Positions 19,543 to 28,203 of a DNA stretch of 64,000 bases are shown in pieces. Source of the stretch: Microbacteriaceae bacterium. Its GTDB lineage: Bacteria > Actinomycetota > Actinomycetes > Actinomycetales > Microbacteriaceae. Made by a program: the position numbers and the translations under genes. The stretch lies in contig DATGWF010000077.1 of the NCBI GenBank assembly GCA_035299585.1, forward strand, positions 1,427 to 65,426, written 5' to 3'. The notes below the pieces were generated by a model. The model was not told the DNA's origin, did not search any database, and saw nothing but the letters and a program-made list of their open reading frames with translations. Position 1 is the stretch's first letter, and the number at the start of each line of letters is the position of its first letter.

Positions 19543-20499
19543 CTACCGAGCGGTCCGGCTCCCATCCCGCGCAGGTCGGACCCGTTCGGGAAGCGGCGTG
19601 CCCTCGTCGATGGCATGTTCGGCAATCCACGCCGCCGCGGTGAGTGTGACAATTGCGGCGAGTCGAAACCACAACAGGAGCGTGACCAGCACGACGAAGC
19701 TCGCCAGGAGCGGGTTTGGGATGCCGCCGACGATGACGTTGGACCCGACGACCTGGAGCCCGGTGAGTGTCGCCCCACCGAGGAGCACCCCTCCGGCCAC
19801 GTCTCGGACTCCCAACTCGGCCCCCGAAAGTCGGCGGAACATGACCGCGAGCACGACGGTGTCGATGACGAACACGACGCCAAGGCCGAGAGCCTGGGTG
19901 ACGAGGCCACCGAGACCGAGATCGTCGGTCACACCGAGCCATCCCAGGAGCGCACCGAACAGTCGGGTGGAGGCCGTGGTGACGACAGCCCCGGCGACGA
20001 ACATCGCACCGAAGGCGAGGGCGGCGATGACGTCGCGAATCCGCGTCCACACGAGCGACGAGTCGCTCTCGGGAAGGCCGAGCACGGCCCGGATGGCCAA
20101 CCGTGAGGTCGTAATCCACGCACTCGCAGTCCAGAGCAGCACTCCGAGCGCGAGCACGCCACTGAGTCCGAGTTCGGCGACGCGTTGTTGGGTGAGGGCG
20201 ATGAGTTGGTCCCGAGAGATGGCGCCCCCGTCGCCGATGAGTCCCGGGACGGTGGTGTTGAGCGTATCGACGAGCGGGCCCAAGCGTGATTCGTCGGCGA
20301 CGAACCAGGATCCAACCGTGACCAGACCGATGTACACGGCGGCAAAGGTGGCAAAGAGGGCTTGGTAGCTGACGCCGGCGCTGAGTAGCAGTCCGTTGCT
20401 GTCGATGACGCGGCGCCAGACTCGAGCCGGCAGTGAGTGCCAGACGCGACTCGCCATGCGCCGTGGCCACGATTGACCAGGTCGGTTCCCCTCCATCAC
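19543..20499 (-). CDS. YihY/BrkB-family membrane protein
   Basis: 318 aa. LLLSAGVSYQALFATFAAV signature with six predicted TM helices. The start may be the internal ATG at 20457. Confidence 0.8.
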   Translation of the reverse strand: MMEGNRPGQSWPRRMASRVWHSLPARVWRRVIDSNGLLLSAGVSYQALFATFAAVYIGLVTVGSWFVADESRLGPLVDTLNTTVPGLIGDGGAISRDQLIALTQQRVAELGLSGVLALGVLLWTASAWITTSRLAIRAVLGLPESDSSLVWTRIRDVIAALAFGAMFVAGAVVTTASTRLFGALLGWLGVTDDLGLGGLVTQALGLGVVFVIDTVVLAVMFRRLSGAELGVRDVAGGVLLGGATLTGLQVVGSNVIVGGIPNPLLASFVVLVTLLLWFRLAAIVTLTAAAWIAEHAIDEGTPLPERVRPARDGSRTAR

Positions 20500-20546
20500 G
20501 CGCTCAGCCTATCCGGCACCTTCTCGGACCACACCGCACAACGAGA

Positions 20547-20578
20547 AGCGGCTCGGTACCCAGGGGTACCGAGCCGCT
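20547..20578 (-). terminator. stem-loop downstream of ptsH
   Basis: Perfect 14-bp stem AGCGGCTCGGTACC / GGTACCGAGCCGCT with a 4-nt loop, 14 nt after the ptsH stop. Followed on the coding strand by TCTCGTTG (weak U-tract). Confidence 0.6.
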
Positions 20579-20591
20579 CCGCGTGACGGAT

Positions 20592-20864
20592 CTAGGCGTC
20601 GAGGTCAGATGCGAGCACAGCGGCGAGCTCATCGGCTACGCGCTCTGCGTCATCTCCCTCAACGACCAGTTCCAGCGAGTCGCCGTGGCTCACAGCGAGG
20701 GCGAGCACCGCAAGGATGCTGGCGCCGTCGGCTGAGTCGCCACTGGCTTTGCTGATGGTTACCTCGTGGCCGCTGCCGCCGACCGCCTGAACGAACAGGC
20801 TGGCCGGACGGGCGTGCAGGCCGACGCGGGAACCAACGGTCACAGAACGAGTTGCCTTAGGCAA
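20592..20864 (-). CDS. ptsH: phosphocarrier protein HPr
   Basis: Track ORF trimmed to TTG 20864, preceded by GGAGGA (20870-20875) with a 5-nt spacer. Active-site His context GLHARPAS. About 90 aa, as expected for HPr. Confidence 0.85.
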   Translation of the reverse strand: MPKATRSVTVGSRVGLHARPASLFVQAVGGSGHEVTISKASGDSADGASILAVLALAVSHGDSLELVVEGDDAERVADELAAVLASDLDA

Positions 20865-22008
20865 TCGCTTCCTCCAGCTCTTCGTCGCTTGCGGCGTTCT
20901 CGCCCTTGCCAAGACCCTTGGCAACGATGACGAGGAGCGCGGTCACGACGGTGCCGATGGCGACAGCGAGGAGCCACATGAGCGGGCTCGACACCATGCC
21001 AGCAACCCAGATGCCACCGTGCGGTGCGCGGCTGCCGACCTGGAACAGGCCGACGAGAGCACCGGTGACGCCCGAACCGATCATGATCGAGGGGATCACG
21101 CGAATCGGGTCAGCTGCAGCGAACGGAATGGCACCTTCGGTGATGAACGATGCGCCGAGCACCCAGCCAGCGTTACCGGCCTGACGCTCCGACTTCGAGA
21201 ACAGGTTCTTGCGAAGCGCGGTTGCGAGGGCGAGACCGAGCGGCGGGGTCATGCCGGCAGCCATGACGATTGCCATGATGACGAGCTTCGGGTCGTTCGG
21301 TGCAGCGTCTGCGCCAGCCTCGGTGAGGAGGGCAACAGCGGTGGTGTATGCCACCTTGTTGACCGGGCCACCCATGTCGAATGCCATCATGAGGCCGAGG
21401 AGGACACCGAGCAGAGCCAGGTTGCCACCGGTCAGGCCGGCCATCCAGGTCTTGAGCGCCTCGAGGACGGTTGCCACCGGAACACCGATGACGGTAATCA
21501 TCAGAACGGCGACGATGAACGACGACACGATCGGGATGATCAGGACCGGCATGAGCGGAGCAATGCCGCGCGGCAAGCGGAGCTTGGCGAGGTAGTGTGC
21601 AGCAGCACCGGCGAGCAGACCACCGGCGATAGCGCCGAGGAAGCCCGAGCCGTTGTTGATGGCGATGAAGCCAGCAAGGAAGCCCGGAACGAGGCCCGGA
21701 CGGTCGGCGATTGCATACGCGATGAACATGGCGAGCACGGGGACCGCGAAGGTCAGCCCGAACTTACCGAGGCTCGCGAAGAGTCGCGCCCAGCCCATTT
21801 GCGTGGTGAGGTTGACCGCTGCTTCGCCGTCGTGCCCACCGAGGTAGGCCTGCCAGCTCCAGTCCCACTTACCGAGGTCGAACCCGCCGAGTGCGAAACC
21901 GATTGCAAGGAAGATGCCGCCAGCGGCGACGATCGGGATCATGTAGGACACACCGGTCATCAGCCAAAGGCGGAGACGGGTGCCCGGTCCCATAGTTGAA
22001 CTACTCAA
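20857..22008 (-). CDS. PTS fructose-family transporter subunit IIC
   Basis: 383-aa polytopic ORF with typical PTS EIIC-fructose regions (GGPVNKVAY, ITEGAIPFA). Confidence 0.9.
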   Translation of the reverse strand: MSSSTMGPGTRLRLWLMTGVSYMIPIVAAGGIFLAIGFALGGFDLGKWDWSWQAYLGGHDGEAAVNLTTQMGWARLFASLGKFGLTFAVPVLAMFIAYAIADRPGLVPGFLAGFIAINNGSGFLGAIAGGLLAGAAAHYLAKLRLPRGIAPLMPVLIIPIVSSFIVAVLMITVIGVPVATVLEALKTWMAGLTGGNLALLGVLLGLMMAFDMGGPVNKVAYTTAVALLTEAGADAAPNDPKLVIMAIVMAAGMTPPLGLALATALRKNLFSKSERQAGNAGWVLGASFITEGAIPFAAADPIRVIPSIMIGSGVTGALVGLFQVGSRAPHGGIWVAGMVSSPLMWLLAVAIGTVVTALLVIVAKGLGKGENAASDEELEEAIA

Positions 22009-22048
22009 TTGAAGCCTCCAATGCTTCTTTGCGTTAGGGGGTGGTGCT

Positions 22049-22468
22049 TTAACCGAAGAGCTTTCCGAAGAAGCCCTTCTTTTCGCCGGCCGCAGGCTTC
22101 TCAGCCTTCGGGGCAGCTGCGGGCTGAGCCGCTTCGCCTGCTCCGACGATTTCTGCCGTACCGTCCGTTGCGGACTTCACGGCCTCAGCGACGACGTTGT
22201 CCGCGTCGCTGAGAGCTTTGGATACGCCGACGCGCAGCACGGGCTTGCCGTTGAAACGGCTGCGCTGCTTGACCTCGAGGTCGGCGGCGAAAATGACCAC
22301 GTCAGCTGCGTCAATGACGGACTGCTTGATCGGGGTCGATCCGGCCGAGCCCTGGGTCTCGACGGCGATGGTGTGGCCGGCACGCTTCGCGGCCTGCTCG
22401 AGCGCTTCGGCAGCCATGTAGGTGTGGGCGATGCCGGTGATGCAGCTGGTTACGGCGACGATGTTCAT
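22049..22468 (-). CDS. PTS fructose-family subunit IIB
   Basis: 139 aa. MNIVAVTSCITGIAHTYMAAEALE carries the active-site Cys, followed by an Ala/Pro-rich tail. Confidence 0.9.
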   Translation of the reverse strand: MNIVAVTSCITGIAHTYMAAEALEQAAKRAGHTIAVETQGSAGSTPIKQSVIDAADVVIFAADLEVKQRSRFNGKPVLRVGVSKALSDADNVVAEAVKSATDGTAEIVGAGEAAQPAAAPKAEKPAAGEKKGFFGKLFG

Positions 22469-22923
22469 GCCTGAACCTCTTTCTGGATGATGGCGGCGAT
22501 TTCGGCGCCGCTGGTGGCGTCGCGGAGCGACTGGCGGAAGTCCTCGTGCACGAGCTTGCGGGCGAGTGCGGCGAGGATTGTGAGGTGACGATCGTCGGCC
22601 CCGTCGGGAGCGGCAATCAGGAAGATCAGGTGGGCGGGGCCGTCCGGGGCGCCGAAGTCGATGCCGGCCTGCGTGGTGCCCACGGCGACGCTCGGGGTGA
22701 CGACGCCAGCCGAGCGGGCGTGGGGGATACCGATACCACCGTGCAGGCCGGTCGCCATCTGGGCTTCGCGGGCACGCACATCGGCAAGGAAGACCTCGAG
22801 GTCGCTCACGCGACCAGCGGCCTGCAGGGTGTCCGCAAGTTCGCGGATGGCGTCGTCTTTCGTCGTGGCCTGGAGGCCGACAACGACGATGTGTTCGTCG
22901 GTCAGTGCCGGTGCTGCGGTCAT
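22465..22923 (-). CDS. PTS fructose/mannitol-family subunit IIA
   Basis: Track ORF trimmed to ATG 22923 (ATGA overlap with the pfkB stop). Active-site context GIGIPHARS. Confidence 0.85.
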   Translation of the reverse strand: MTAAPALTDEHIVVVGLQATTKDDAIRELADTLQAAGRVSDLEVFLADVRAREAQMATGLHGGIGIPHARSAGVVTPSVAVGTTQAGIDFGAPDGPAHLIFLIAAPDGADDRHLTILAALARKLVHEDFRQSLRDATSGAEIAAIIQKEVQA

Positions 22924-23906
22924 GCGTGGAGCTCCTTGATTGATGTGGTCAGGGGAACGTCGGCGCGCAGCACCACCTCGCCCGGGCGGATGAGGTCCGG
23001 GGATGGCACCGTTGTCGCGGGAAGTTGAACTGCGGCCGTACCCCATGCGACGGCCGAAACCAGGCGCGCCGCAAGGGGGTCGACTTCGGCGGCACCATCG
23101 TGTCGAGCGCGGGCGTCGTCGGCGAGAAAGCCCGCGAGCGTGCAATCGCCGGCACCGACCGTGCTGTCGGGAACGACCGGCGGGTGGCCCGCCCACAGGA
23201 CGCGTTCGCGATTAACGAGAAGTGCACCATTCGCACCGAGGCTGACCAGGATGCACGCGCCGGGTCCCCCGGGGAGCGACCGGCAGAATTCAACGACCGC
23301 ACCGACCGTGTCGAGTGAGCGTTCGGCGAGATCCTCGAGTTCTTCCAGGTTGGGCTTGAGCAGGTCGGCAACACCGGCGTGAGCCACGGCTCCAAGGGCT
23401 TCGCCAGACGCGTCCACAGCGAAACGCACGTTGGCTTCGCGGGCGAGCGTGCCGAGTTGGACGTAGAAGTCACTGTCCACTCCGCCCGGGAGCGAGCCCG
23501 CCGCGACAAGCCAAGCAGGCCCGGTAGCGAGGGCTTCTCGAACGCGTTCGGTCAGAGCTTCGACTTCGGCGGGGGACAGTGTTGGTCCGGCCTGGTTGAT
23601 CTTGGTCGTTTCGCCCGAGCCGTCCACGACGGTGATGTTTTGGCGCACTTCGCCGGCAATGTGGATGCTCTGGGTCGGAACGCCCAGCTTGCCGAGTGAA
23701 TCGATAATCCAGGCACCGCCGGATCGGTCGGCCGGGAACACCGCACTCGTGACGATGCCGTTGCGCGTCAGTGCCCTCGCGACGTTGATCCCCTTGCCGG
23801 CCGGGTCTTTGCTCGTGGCAGTGGCGCGGTTCACTTCGCCGACGATGAAGCTCGGAACCTCGACCGTGATGTCGATGGAGGGGTTGGCGGTGACGGTGAC
23901 GATCAT
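22920..23906 (-). CDS. pfkB: 1-phosphofructokinase (PfkB family)
   Basis: 328 aa. MIVTVTANPSIDIT start, GKGINVAR, and C-terminal GAGDCTLAGF ribokinase-family motif. Located in the fructose PTS operon. Confidence 0.9.
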   Translation of the reverse strand: MIVTVTANPSIDITVEVPSFIVGEVNRATATSKDPAGKGINVARALTRNGIVTSAVFPADRSGGAWIIDSLGKLGVPTQSIHIAGEVRQNITVVDGSGETTKINQAGPTLSPAEVEALTERVREALATGPAWLVAAGSLPGGVDSDFYVQLGTLAREANVRFAVDASGEALGAVAHAGVADLLKPNLEELEDLAERSLDTVGAVVEFCRSLPGGPGACILVSLGANGALLVNRERVLWAGHPPVVPDSTVGAGDCTLAGFLADDARARHDGAAEVDPLAARLVSAVAWGTAAVQLPATTVPSPDLIRPGEVVLRADVPLTTSIKELHA

Positions 23907-24664
23907 GCGCGGACCACGTCCACTCCGGCCGCCTCAATCTCTGCCGCGAGTTCTGCGTCGAGTTCGTTGTCGGTGATGATGCAGTCGATGGCTGCGAGTG
24001 GCGCGACCACGCCAAAGTCTTCACGACCGAATTTGGTGTGGTCGGCGAGCACGACGGTTCGGCGAGCGGAGGCAATGAGCTGGGACTTCACCCGAGCCTC
24101 CTCAATGTCGGGGGTTGTCAGTCCGCGACTGGCCGTGATGCCGTTCGTTCCGATGAACGCAACATCGACCGCGACCTTGCGCAGCGTCTCGTTCGCCCAG
24201 GCGCCGACCGTCGCGAGCGTCAGCTGACGGACGTGCCCGCCGAGAACGTGCAGGTCAATGTTCGGGCGGGTTGCCAGCTGTGCGGCAATCGGGAGGGAGT
24301 TCGTCACAACCGTCAGGTTCGTCTCGGTGGGAAGGAGCTCAGCCAGGCGAGCGGTCGTGGTTCCAGCATCAAAGAGGACCGAGCCGTTCTCGGGAATTTC
24401 GGCGAGCGCGGCGCGGGCGATGCGTTCCTTCTCCGATGTGAGCAGGCCTTCGCGGTCTGCGACCGGGGGCTCGATGCTCAGGCGTTCCATCGGAATCGCT
24501 CCACCGTGGGCACGCTGAACGAGACCACGACGTTCCATGAGGGTAAGGTCGCGGCGGATCGTTTCCGGCGTGACGTTGAAGTCTTCGGCGAGCGAGCGCA
24601 CTTCCACCCGGCCGTCGCGGCGGGCGCGCGTCAGGATGGCCTGTTGGCGTTCCGGAGCGTACAT
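23903..24664 (-). CDS. DeoR-family transcriptional repressor (fructose operon regulator type)
   Basis: 253 aa. N-terminal wHTH (ERQQAILTRARRDGRVEVRSLAEDFNVTPETIRRDL) and C-terminal DeoR sugar-phosphate sensor domain. First gene of the operon. Confidence 0.9.
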   Translation of the reverse strand: MYAPERQQAILTRARRDGRVEVRSLAEDFNVTPETIRRDLTLMERRGLVQRAHGGAIPMERLSIEPPVADREGLLTSEKERIARAALAEIPENGSVLFDAGTTTARLAELLPTETNLTVVTNSLPIAAQLATRPNIDLHVLGGHVRQLTLATVGAWANETLRKVAVDVAFIGTNGITASRGLTTPDIEEARVKSQLIASARRTVVLADHTKFGREDFGVVAPLAAIDCIITDNELDAELAAEIEAAGVDVVRA

Positions 24665-24717
24665 GCGACCTCGTTGTCAGTCCTGGGAACCGGAGCGCAC
24701 GCGCTCAGGTGATTGCC

Positions 24718-24772
24718 AGGATAAATGTTGATTTGTCTGTTTTTACATCCGTTTGTGATTGATTGTCAAGCA
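24718..24772. promoter_or_regulatory. AT-rich divergent promoter/operator region between the fruR operon and ptsI
   Basis: Locally the lowest-GC stretch: GATAAATGTTGATTTGTCTGTTTTTACATCCGTTTGTGATTGATTGTCAAGC, with reiterated TGATTG/TTTGT motifs. Function inferred from position only. Confidence 0.35.
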
Positions 24773-24842
24773 ACTCGCGGGGTATTCTTTCCGAGCCGTT
24801 CCGTTCTCTTGCGAATGGCTCGAGTGCGAGAAGGATGGAACG

Positions 24843-26483
24843 ATGGAGCTCAGCGGAGTAGGCGTCGGTCGCGGTATTGCCGCAGGCAAGGTCGTACGGA
24901 TGCCGGAACCGCTCGCCGAGCCCGCCGACGTCACGCCCACGCAGACGCCCGACGAAGCGAAGGCCGCGGTCGCCGCAGCGGCTTCGGCGGTGAGCGAGTG
25001 GCTCGCCCACCGCGGCGCGCGAGCGGGCGGAGCCGCACAAGAGGTGCTCGACGCCCAGGCCATGATGGCCAAAGATCCGGCGCTCGCCAAAGACATCGCC
25101 AAGCGCATCGACACCGGAAAGACCGCCGAGCGTGCCGTCTTCGAAGCGTTCGCGGCCTTCCAAGCCATGCTCGAAGGCATCGGCGGATACATGGCGGAGC
25201 GTGCAGCGGACCTCGCTGACGTCTCCCAGCGGGTCATCGCCCAGTTGCGAGGAGTACCCGCACCGGGTGTCCCCGAGAGCGACGAGCCGTTCATCCTCGT
25301 CGCACGCGACCTCGCTCCGGCAGATACTGCACTGTTGAACTTCGACATCGTGCAGGCGCTCATCACCCGTGACGGCGGACCGACCTCCCACACCGCGATT
25401 CTCGCCCGCGCAAAGTCCATCCCGGCGATCGTCGGCGTTGTCGGCGCCGAGGACCTGGCCGACGGCACCAACGTCATCGTCGACGCCGCGAACGGCGTGG
25501 TCTCGGTCGACCCGGACCCGCGCGCAATCGAGGACGCCCTCGCCCGGCGCGAGGCGTGGCTGTCCGCCGCACACGCCCCGGCCACCCCGGGCGAACTCGC
25601 AGACGGCACCAAGGTGCCGCTGTTGGCCAATATCGGATCCGCAGAGGATGCGCCCGCCGCGCTCGCCGCGGGTGCCGAGGGTGTCGGTCTGTTCCGCACC
25701 GAGTTCCTGTTTCTCGACGCCAACACGGCCCCCTCGGTGGGCGCACAAACCGTCGCCTACAAGGCCGTGTTCGACGCATTCGCCGGCAAGAAGGTCGTGG
25801 TGCGCGCGCTCGACGCCGGGGCCGACAAGCCCCTCGCCTTCTTGAACGACGCGCACGAAGAGAACCCCGCCCTCGGTCTGCGCGGCTTGCGCGCGCTCCG
25901 CGTCAAGGAGAACATCCTGCGTGACCAGCTCGAAGCGCTCGTCGCCGCCGAACGTGACTCCGGCGCCGAAGTGTGGGTCATGGCCCCGATGGTGTCCGAC
26001 GCCGAAGAGACCGGGTACTTTGTCGACCTGGCCCGCGAGCTCGGGGTCAAGGTCGCCGGTGTCATGGCCGAGGTGCCATCGCTCGCACTCGTGGCGGACC
26101 AGGTGCTCGAGGCGGCCGATTTTGTCTCCATTGGAACGAACGACCTCACCCAGTACACCCTCGCCGCCGATCGCATGCTCGGCACCGTTGCGAGCTACCA
26201 GGACCCGTGGCATCCCGCAGTGCTCCGCCTGGTCAAGCAGCTCGGTGACGCCGGTGCGGCCGCGGGCAAGCCCGTCGGGGTGTGTGGCGAAGCGGCCGCC
26301 GATCCGGACCTCGCAGTGGTGCTCGTCGGCCTCGGCGTGACCACGCTCTCGATGACCGCTGCCGCGATCGCCGATGTGCGAGCCGCACTCAAGGCCGTCA
26401 CGCTCGAAGACGCGAAGGCGAAAGCCGAAGCGGCCCTCGGTGGACGCACCGCCGCAGAGGCACGTGCCCGCGCGACCGACTGA
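24843..26483 (+). CDS. ptsI: phosphoenolpyruvate-protein phosphotransferase (PTS enzyme I)
   Basis: Track ORF trimmed to ATG 24843. Phospho-His region GGPTSHTAILAR and PEP-utilising C-terminal motif SIGTNDLTQY. Confidence 0.95.
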   Translation: MELSGVGVGRGIAAGKVVRMPEPLAEPADVTPTQTPDEAKAAVAAAASAVSEWLAHRGARAGGAAQEVLDAQAMMAKDPALAKDIAKRIDTGKTAERAVFEAFAAFQAMLEGIGGYMAERAADLADVSQRVIAQLRGVPAPGVPESDEPFILVARDLAPADTALLNFDIVQALITRDGGPTSHTAILARAKSIPAIVGVVGAEDLADGTNVIVDAANGVVSVDPDPRAIEDALARREAWLSAAHAPATPGELADGTKVPLLANIGSAEDAPAALAAGAEGVGLFRTEFLFLDANTAPSVGAQTVAYKAVFDAFAGKKVVVRALDAGADKPLAFLNDAHEENPALGLRGLRALRVKENILRDQLEALVAAERDSGAEVWVMAPMVSDAEETGYFVDLARELGVKVAGVMAEVPSLALVADQVLEAADFVSIGTNDLTQYTLAADRMLGTVASYQDPWHPAVLRLVKQLGDAGAAAGKPVGVCGEAAADPDLAVVLVGLGVTTLSMTAAAIADVRAALKAVTLEDAKAKAEAALGGRTAAEARARATD

Positions 26484-26518
26484 ACCCTAGACTTGAGTCC
26501 CACGAGGTGAGGGGACCC

Positions 26519-28201
26519 ATGGCACGCGCAGAGCGCCCGAGTGTGGCACGGCTTCGTGCGCGACCTCGCGCCGACGTGCTCATCATTGGTGGCGGCATCA
26601 ACGGCATCGCCACCGCGTGGGATTTGGCGCTTCAGGGAGTCGATGTCGCGCTCGTCGAGCGCAACGATTTCGTGTCGGGCGCCTCGGCCGCATCGAGCCA
26701 CATGGTCCACGGCGGCATCCGATACCTCGAAAACGGCGAGTTCCGGCTCGTCCACGAGGCGGTCGTCGAGCGCAACGCGCTCCTCAAGACCGCTCCGCAT
26801 CTCGTCCGTCCGCTCCCGACGACCATCCCCATTTTTTCGACGTTCAGTGGCATCATCGCGGCGCCCTTCCGCCGGCTCATCAACCACGGCGCCGCCGCGC
26901 CGCGCGAGCGTGGCGCACTGCTCATCAAGATTGGCCTTGCCATCTACGACACCTTCTCGCGGGCCGGTGGCACCGTGCCTAGGCACCGCTTCCGGAACCG
27001 TTGGGAAGCGCGATCAGCCTTCCCGCAGCTCAATCGGAGCGTCCGATATACGGCCACCTATTTCGACGCCTCGATGCGCGACCCGGAACGACTCGCCCTC
27101 GACGTGCTCACCGACGCGCAGGCAGCAGGTGCTCGCTCCGCTAATTACGTGAGCGCGGTTGCAGCCGGACCCGACGGTATCCGGCTGCGAGACGAGCGCG
27201 ATGGCGGCGAGTTCGACTTCCAGGCCCGACTCGTTATCAATGCCACCGGCCCTTGGACGGACCTCACCAATGCGGCGCTCGGCACGCCGAGCCAGTTCAT
27301 GGGCGGCACCAAGGGCTCGCACATCGTCGTCAAGCATCCCGAGCTCCTGCAAGCCACCCACGGGAATGAAATCTTCTTCGAGCACTCCGATGGCCGCATC
27401 GTGCTCATCTACCCACTCAACGGGCGGGTCATCATCGGCACGACCGACATCGAAGCGGACCCCCGTGAACCGGCGGTGTGCACCGAGCAGGAAATCGCCT
27501 ACTTCTTCGACCTGGTGAAGCACGTGTTCCCGAACATCACGCTCCGTCGCGACGACATCGTGTTCAGTTTCTCGGGTATTCGACCGCTCCCGGCCCACGG
27601 CGACCTGGCCCCCGGGTTCGTTTCGCGCGACTACCGTATCGAAGCGGGCGTCGTCGCGGGCATGCCGCTGCTCAGTCTCGTCGGCGGAAAATGGACCACC
27701 TTCCGCGCCTCGGCCGAGCATCTCGCCTCTGACGCGCTCTCGGTCCTGCGCCACCGACGCCGTCGCTCGACGCAGGGGATCGCCATCGGCGGCGGCCGCG
27801 GATTCCCGATGACGCCGGGTGCGCGCTCGCGCTGGGTGGCCGCGCATCGCGGCGGGCACGACGTCGAGTTCGCCGAGCGACTGCTCGACCGCTACGGCAC
27901 GCGCGCTACCCAGCTCCTCAAGGCCATTCCTGCCGGCGAGCCCGAACTCGCCCACACGCCCGGGTACACCCCGACGGAGCTTGCCTGGCTCGCCGAAAAC
28001 GAGCAGGCCGCGACCCTCGCCGACATGGTGCTGCGTCGCACGAGTATCGCCTTCCGCGGCGGACTCACGCGCGCCGCCCTACGCGAGATTGCCGCCGCAA
28101 TCGCTCCCGTGCTGGGCTGGACAGACCGCGATTGCGCCCGCGAGACTGGAGCGACCGTCGAAGTTTTGGCGGTCCGCCACCTCGTTACCGTCGAAGGGTA
28201 G
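26519..28201 (+). CDS. glpD: FAD-dependent glycerol-3-phosphate dehydrogenase
   Basis: Track ORF trimmed to ATG 26519 (GAGGTGAGGGG upstream). FAD fold DVLIIGGGINGIATAWDLALQG and the HGGIRYLE motif. Confidence 0.9.
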   Translation: MARAERPSVARLRARPRADVLIIGGGINGIATAWDLALQGVDVALVERNDFVSGASAASSHMVHGGIRYLENGEFRLVHEAVVERNALLKTAPHLVRPLPTTIPIFSTFSGIIAAPFRRLINHGAAAPRERGALLIKIGLAIYDTFSRAGGTVPRHRFRNRWEARSAFPQLNRSVRYTATYFDASMRDPERLALDVLTDAQAAGARSANYVSAVAAGPDGIRLRDERDGGEFDFQARLVINATGPWTDLTNAALGTPSQFMGGTKGSHIVVKHPELLQATHGNEIFFEHSDGRIVLIYPLNGRVIIGTTDIEADPREPAVCTEQEIAYFFDLVKHVFPNITLRRDDIVFSFSGIRPLPAHGDLAPGFVSRDYRIEAGVVAGMPLLSLVGGKWTTFRASAEHLASDALSVLRHRRRRSTQGIAIGGGRGFPMTPGARSRWVAAHRGGHDVEFAERLLDRYGTRATQLLKAIPAGEPELAHTPGYTPTELAWLAENEQAATLADMVLRRTSIAFRGGLTRAALREIAAAIAPVLGWTDRDCARETGATVEVLAVRHLVTVEG

Positions 28202-28203
28202 CC

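Noticed and set aside
24705-26213. 502-aa minus-strand ORF
   Set aside because: It is antisense to ptsI, which carries the phospho-His and PEP-utiliser motifs. It would also run through the AT-rich promoter spacer.
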